This document shows, piece after piece, positions 61,261 to 64,000 of a DNA stretch of 64,000 nucleotides. Below the pieces are notes generated by a model. It worked only from the letters and a program-made list of their open reading frames with translations, made no database searches and was not told the origin of the DNA. The stretch is from Alphaproteobacteria bacterium (GTDB lineage Bacteria > Pseudomonadota > Alphaproteobacteria > JAEUKQ01). Each line of letters opens with the position of its first letter. Positions within the stretch are counted from its first letter, which is position 1. Position numbers and translations under genes: made by a program. The DNA is taken from the NCBI GenBank assembly GCA_016794225.1, contig JAEUKQ010000001.1, forward strand, positions 70,391 to 134,390, written 5' to 3'.

Positions 61261-61487
61261 TAAGGATATGACTTCGCCACAAAAAACAAAACAGCAAAAA
61301 CATGCCCAAAAGTTGATTATTCTTGATGGTTAACCTCTTTCAGGGTAGTATAAGTCCCTGAAGCAAAGCAATTTCTGGTAATTCTGATATATGAATAAAC
61401 CGCACCTTCGTGGATGTCGGTAGTGTGATTTTGTTTTGCCTCAATATGGCTTCCATTTTCGTATATCTTTTTCTAAAGGAGGATACA

Positions 61488-61691
61488 TTGGCAACAGGAA
61501 CAGTAAAATGGTTTAACTTCAAAAAAGGATATGGTTTTATTCAACCAGAAGATAATACTCAAGATATTTTTGTACATATTTCAGCTTTACAAAAAGCTGG
61601 TATTCATCAATTACTCGATGGCCAAAAAGTTAGTTATGAACTGGCTGCATACCGGGAAAAAGTATCGGCAGTAAATATTCAAATACTTTAA
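61488..61691 (+). CDS. cspA: cold-shock protein CspA family, TTG start
   Basis: 67 aa, (M)ATGTVKWFNFKKGYGFIQPED... RNP1 motif. AAAGGAGG SD sequence 5 nt upstream of TTG 61488. The GTG 61410 extension in the ORF track is inconsistent with the family N-terminus. Confidence 0.8.
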   Translation: MATGTVKWFNFKKGYGFIQPEDNTQDIFVHISALQKAGIHQLLDGQKVSYELAAYREKVSAVNIQIL

Positions 61692-61711
61692 GCTAGATAC
61701 TATCTGTTTTT

Positions 61712-61745
61712 AAAATAGGGCGGTTAAACCGCCCTATTTTTTCAC
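61712..61745 (+). terminator. rho-independent terminator after cspA
   Basis: aaaatagggcgg-ttaaa-ccgccctatttttt: 12-bp stem followed by a T-run. Confidence 0.75.
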
Positions 61746-61817
61746 CTGCGGCAATATGGTTTTTATCAGCTTGTTGCCTTTTTATTTTAGGTTTTTTATA
61801 AAGAATGTAACGGATTC

Positions 61818-62042
61818 TTGCTTAAGGAATTTTTTGTGTTTTCACCACTATCAAAACCTTATATTCAACCACGCAGCCCTTTATCTAGCTTGGGTCGGAA
61901 GATTGTTATTTTATTGTTAGCAAAGTTTTTCATAATTGCAGCTATGCGCTTTTGGTGGTTTAGTGGTGAGCAACGCCCCAAAATTAATCCCGGCCATATT
62001 GAACAACAATTTTTTTTAACCAACCAGGTGCCTCATGATTGA
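61818..62042 (+). CDS. small single-TM membrane protein ORF overlapping cydA start (hypothetical)
   Basis: 74 codons from TTG (or 66 from GTG 61842). Hydrophobic helix IVILLLAKFFIIAAMRFWWF. Its TGA stop lies within ATGATTGATATG of cydA. Confidence 0.35.
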   Translation: MLKEFFVFSPLSKPYIQPRSPLSSLGRKIVILLLAKFFIIAAMRFWWFSGEQRPKINPGHIEQQFFLTNQVPHD

Positions 62043-63588
62043 TATGGAAGTTGTTAACCTTTCCCGTCTTCAGTTTGCTTTAACTGCTTTGTATCACTTT
62101 CTTTTTGTGCCACTGACCTTAGGTTTATCAATCCTGATCGCCATTATGGAAAGTGTTTATGTGATGACCGGTAAAGAAATTTGGCGACAAATGACCAAAT
62201 TTTGGGGTGTCTTATTCGGTATTAACGTTGCAATGGGCGTGGCAACTGGTGTTACCATGGAATTTCAGTTCGGCACAAACTGGGCCTATTATTCACATTA
62301 TGTTGGTGATATTTTTGGTGTTCCACTTGCCGTTGAGGGTTTGATGGCTTTCTTTCTTGAGTCAACCTTCATTGGGCTATTTTTCTTTGGCTGGAGGCGG
62401 CTATCTAGAGTAGGGCATTTGGTTGCTACCTGGTTAATGGCAATCGGGGCTAATTTTTCAGCCTTATGGATTTTAATTGCAAATGGCTGGATGCAAAATC
62501 CTGTTGGTGCCGCCTTTAATATGGATACCATGCGTATGGAGTTAACGTCTTTAAGTGATGTGTTTTTTAATCCGGTTGCCCAGGCTAAATTCGTACACAC
62601 CGTTAGTGCTGGTTATGTTACAGGTGCGGTTTTTGTTCTGGCTATTAGCGCTTGGTACCTGTTACGTAAGAGACATTATGAATTTGCCAAAAGATCGTTC
62701 ACTGTAGCCGCCAGCTTTGGTCTTGCCTCTGCTTTGTCGGTGGTTGTTCTCGGTGACGAAAGTGGTTATGTAGCAACAGAACATCAGAAAATGAAACTTG
62801 CAGCTATCGAGGCCATGTGGGAGACAGAGCCAGCTCCAGCAGGATTTACCATTTTTGGCCTGCCAGATGTTGAAGCCAAAAAAACCCACTATGAAGTAAA
62901 AATTCCTTGGTTGCTTGGTGTTATTACAACTCGCTCGCTAAGCCAGGAACTACCCGGTATCAATCAACTTGTTCAACACGGTGCTGAACGTATCAAGTCT
63001 GGGTTAATTGCATACCGGGCTTTGCAAATTTTAAAACAAGATCGTAATAATCAAGCCGCCCTTGAGGATTTTAAAAAACACCAACAGGATATGGGTTATG
63101 CTTTATTACTGCGCAAATCTTTAAATGACATTACGCAAGCAGCAGAAACAGATATAGCAGCAGCGGCAGATAGTTTGGTGCCAGATGTACCTGTTTTATT
63201 CTGGTCCTTCCGGATTATGGTTGGATTAGGCTTCTTTTTTATTTTCTTATTTGCTGCTGCCTTCTATTTATCAGCCAAACAACGCTTCGACCGCCGTTGG
63301 TTCTTAAAATTGGCTATCTATAGCCTGCCCCTGCCCTGGATCGCAGCTGAACTGGGCTGGATTGTTGCAGAATATGGACGCCAGCCTTGGATTATTGAAG
63401 GGATTCTTCCAACATTTTTAGGTGCCTCATCGGTTAGTGCCAGCCAGGTTTGGACCAGTTTAATTGGCTTTGTGGTTTTTTATTCTGCTTTGGCAATTAT
63501 TGACCTGTTTTTAATGATAAAATATGCCCGCCTTGGTCCTGACCAAGTAACACCCCTATCAAAACCTATAGCTCTAAACCCCATGTAA
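62035..63588 (+). CDS. cydA: cytochrome bd ubiquinol oxidase subunit I
   Basis: 517 aa. CydA family. Q-loop region and heme ligands conserved. Confidence 0.9.
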   Translation: MIDMEVVNLSRLQFALTALYHFLFVPLTLGLSILIAIMESVYVMTGKEIWRQMTKFWGVLFGINVAMGVATGVTMEFQFGTNWAYYSHYVGDIFGVPLAVEGLMAFFLESTFIGLFFFGWRRLSRVGHLVATWLMAIGANFSALWILIANGWMQNPVGAAFNMDTMRMELTSLSDVFFNPVAQAKFVHTVSAGYVTGAVFVLAISAWYLLRKRHYEFAKRSFTVAASFGLASALSVVVLGDESGYVATEHQKMKLAAIEAMWETEPAPAGFTIFGLPDVEAKKTHYEVKIPWLLGVITTRSLSQELPGINQLVQHGAERIKSGLIAYRALQILKQDRNNQAALEDFKKHQQDMGYALLLRKSLNDITQAAETDIAAAADSLVPDVPVLFWSFRIMVGLGFFFIFLFAAAFYLSAKQRFDRRWFLKLAIYSLPLPWIAAELGWIVAEYGRQPWIIEGILPTFLGASSVSASQVWTSLIGFVVFYSALAIIDLFLMIKYARLGPDQVTPLSKPIALNPM

Positions 63589-63600
63589 TAAGGAGGCAAA

Positions 63601-64000
63601 ATGCATATTCTATTGGATTATGAAACACTGCGCCTAATCTGGTGGCTTTTGTTAGGTGTTTTGTTGATTGGATTTGCTGTGATGGATGGTTTTGATCTTG
63701 GGGTGGCCGCCTTATTGCCATTCGTGGCTAAAAGTGATGATGAGCGTCGTGTTTTATTAAACACTATCGGACCTGTGTGGGAGGGAAATCAAGTCTGGTT
63801 TATACTTGGTGGTGGAGCAATTTTTGCGGCTTGGCCAGCAATTTATGCCGTTGCATTCTCGGGATTTTATTTGGCATTATTTGCAGTGTTAATCACGCTT
63901 ATTATACGTCCAGTTGGGTTTAAATTTCGATCAAAACTATCTTATAAAGTCTGGCGTCAAAGTTGGGATACTGCCTTGTTTATTGGCGGCTTTGCTGCCG
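63601..64000 (+). CDS. cydB: cytochrome bd ubiquinol oxidase subunit II (5' part; truncated by window end)
   Basis: AAGGAGG SD sequence followed by ATG 63601. N-terminal CydB sequence (WWLLLG..DGFDLG). Confidence 0.85.
   Translation, partial: MHILLDYETLRLIWWLLLGVLLIGFAVMDGFDLGVAALLPFVAKSDDERRVLLNTIGPVWEGNQVWFILGGGAIFAAWPAIYAVAFSGFYLALFAVLITLIIRPVGFKFRSKLSYKVWRQSWDTALFIGGFAA

Noticed and set aside
61410-61487. GTG-initiated 93-aa version of the cold-shock protein
   Set aside because: The extra 26 residues are not found in Csp family proteins. A perfect SD sequence precedes the TTG at 61488, which yields the canonical 67-aa protein.
1-64000. Search for CRISPR arrays, IS elements, integrases, tRNA/rRNA genes, toxin-antitoxin pairs or known defense systems
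   Set aside because: By eye I found no direct-repeat/spacer arrays, no transposase, recombinase or integrase-like ORFs, and no GGTTCGA-type tRNA T-arm signatures in the larger intergenic regions. The window appears to be core chromosome. A tRNAscan/Infernal run would be needed to exclude small RNAs formally.

Overview
This window is a gene-dense chromosomal segment of about 40% GC from an alphaproteobacterium. The lineage call rests on a split F0 ATP-synthase operon (atpI-atpB-atpE-b'-b), amiC-ponA-prfB synteny, the zinc-independent form of ribosomal protein L36 (YkgO type), a DUF721 gene beside mutY, and a Caulobacter-like RNase E carrying an S1-domain insertion. About 60 protein-coding genes are supported, and almost all are housekeeping or catabolic. 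The groups are: (1) amino-acid and fatty-acid catabolism (mmsA, an ALDH7-type aldehyde dehydrogenase, a homogentisate-dioxygenase-like plus FAH pair, asparaginase-II family, ETF-ubiquinone oxidoreductase, an acyl-CoA synthetase); (2) cell-envelope genes (amiC-like amidase, PBP1A, Slt, AnmK, PgeF, Lgt, an AsmA-family giant); (3) DNA repair (xseA, a family-4 UDG, a PA0069-type radical-SAM protein, rnhB, mutY); (4) translation (tyrS, prfB, rpmJ, rlmN); and (5) respiration (the ATP synthase F0 genes and cydAB, truncated at the window end). Reading by eye, I found no rRNA, tRNA, CRISPR array, IS element, transposase or integrase. Features missed or mis-called by the six-frame ORF track: (a) prfB contains the classic programmed +1 frameshift site (CTT TGA C preceded by a GGAGG element), so its real start is 33488; (b) a 41-codon rpmJ (L36) gene on the minus strand at 36276-36401; (c) the CspA-family gene starts at a TTG with a strong Shine-Dalgarno sequence, not at the upstream GTG; (d) rne and etfD carry spurious N-terminal extensions in the track. 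The observations most worth a second look follow. First, a tandem pair of single-domain VOC (glyoxalase-fold) paralogs with duplicated TTGATC-N16-TATAAT promoters and a near-identical 3' half, sitting upstream of a short-form homogentisate-dioxygenase-like gene. Second, a small membrane-protein ORF whose stop overlaps the cydA start codon. Third, an AT-rich block (about 33% GC) carrying an ABC exporter and a small two-helix membrane protein. Fourth, a 563-bp leader upstream of rne. Fifth, an Slt, sugar-kinase-like (APH-fold), radical-SAM gene trio embedded in the DNA-repair neighbourhood. I see no convincing evidence of a known defense system. Every call is based on the sequence and translations alone; no database searches were run.
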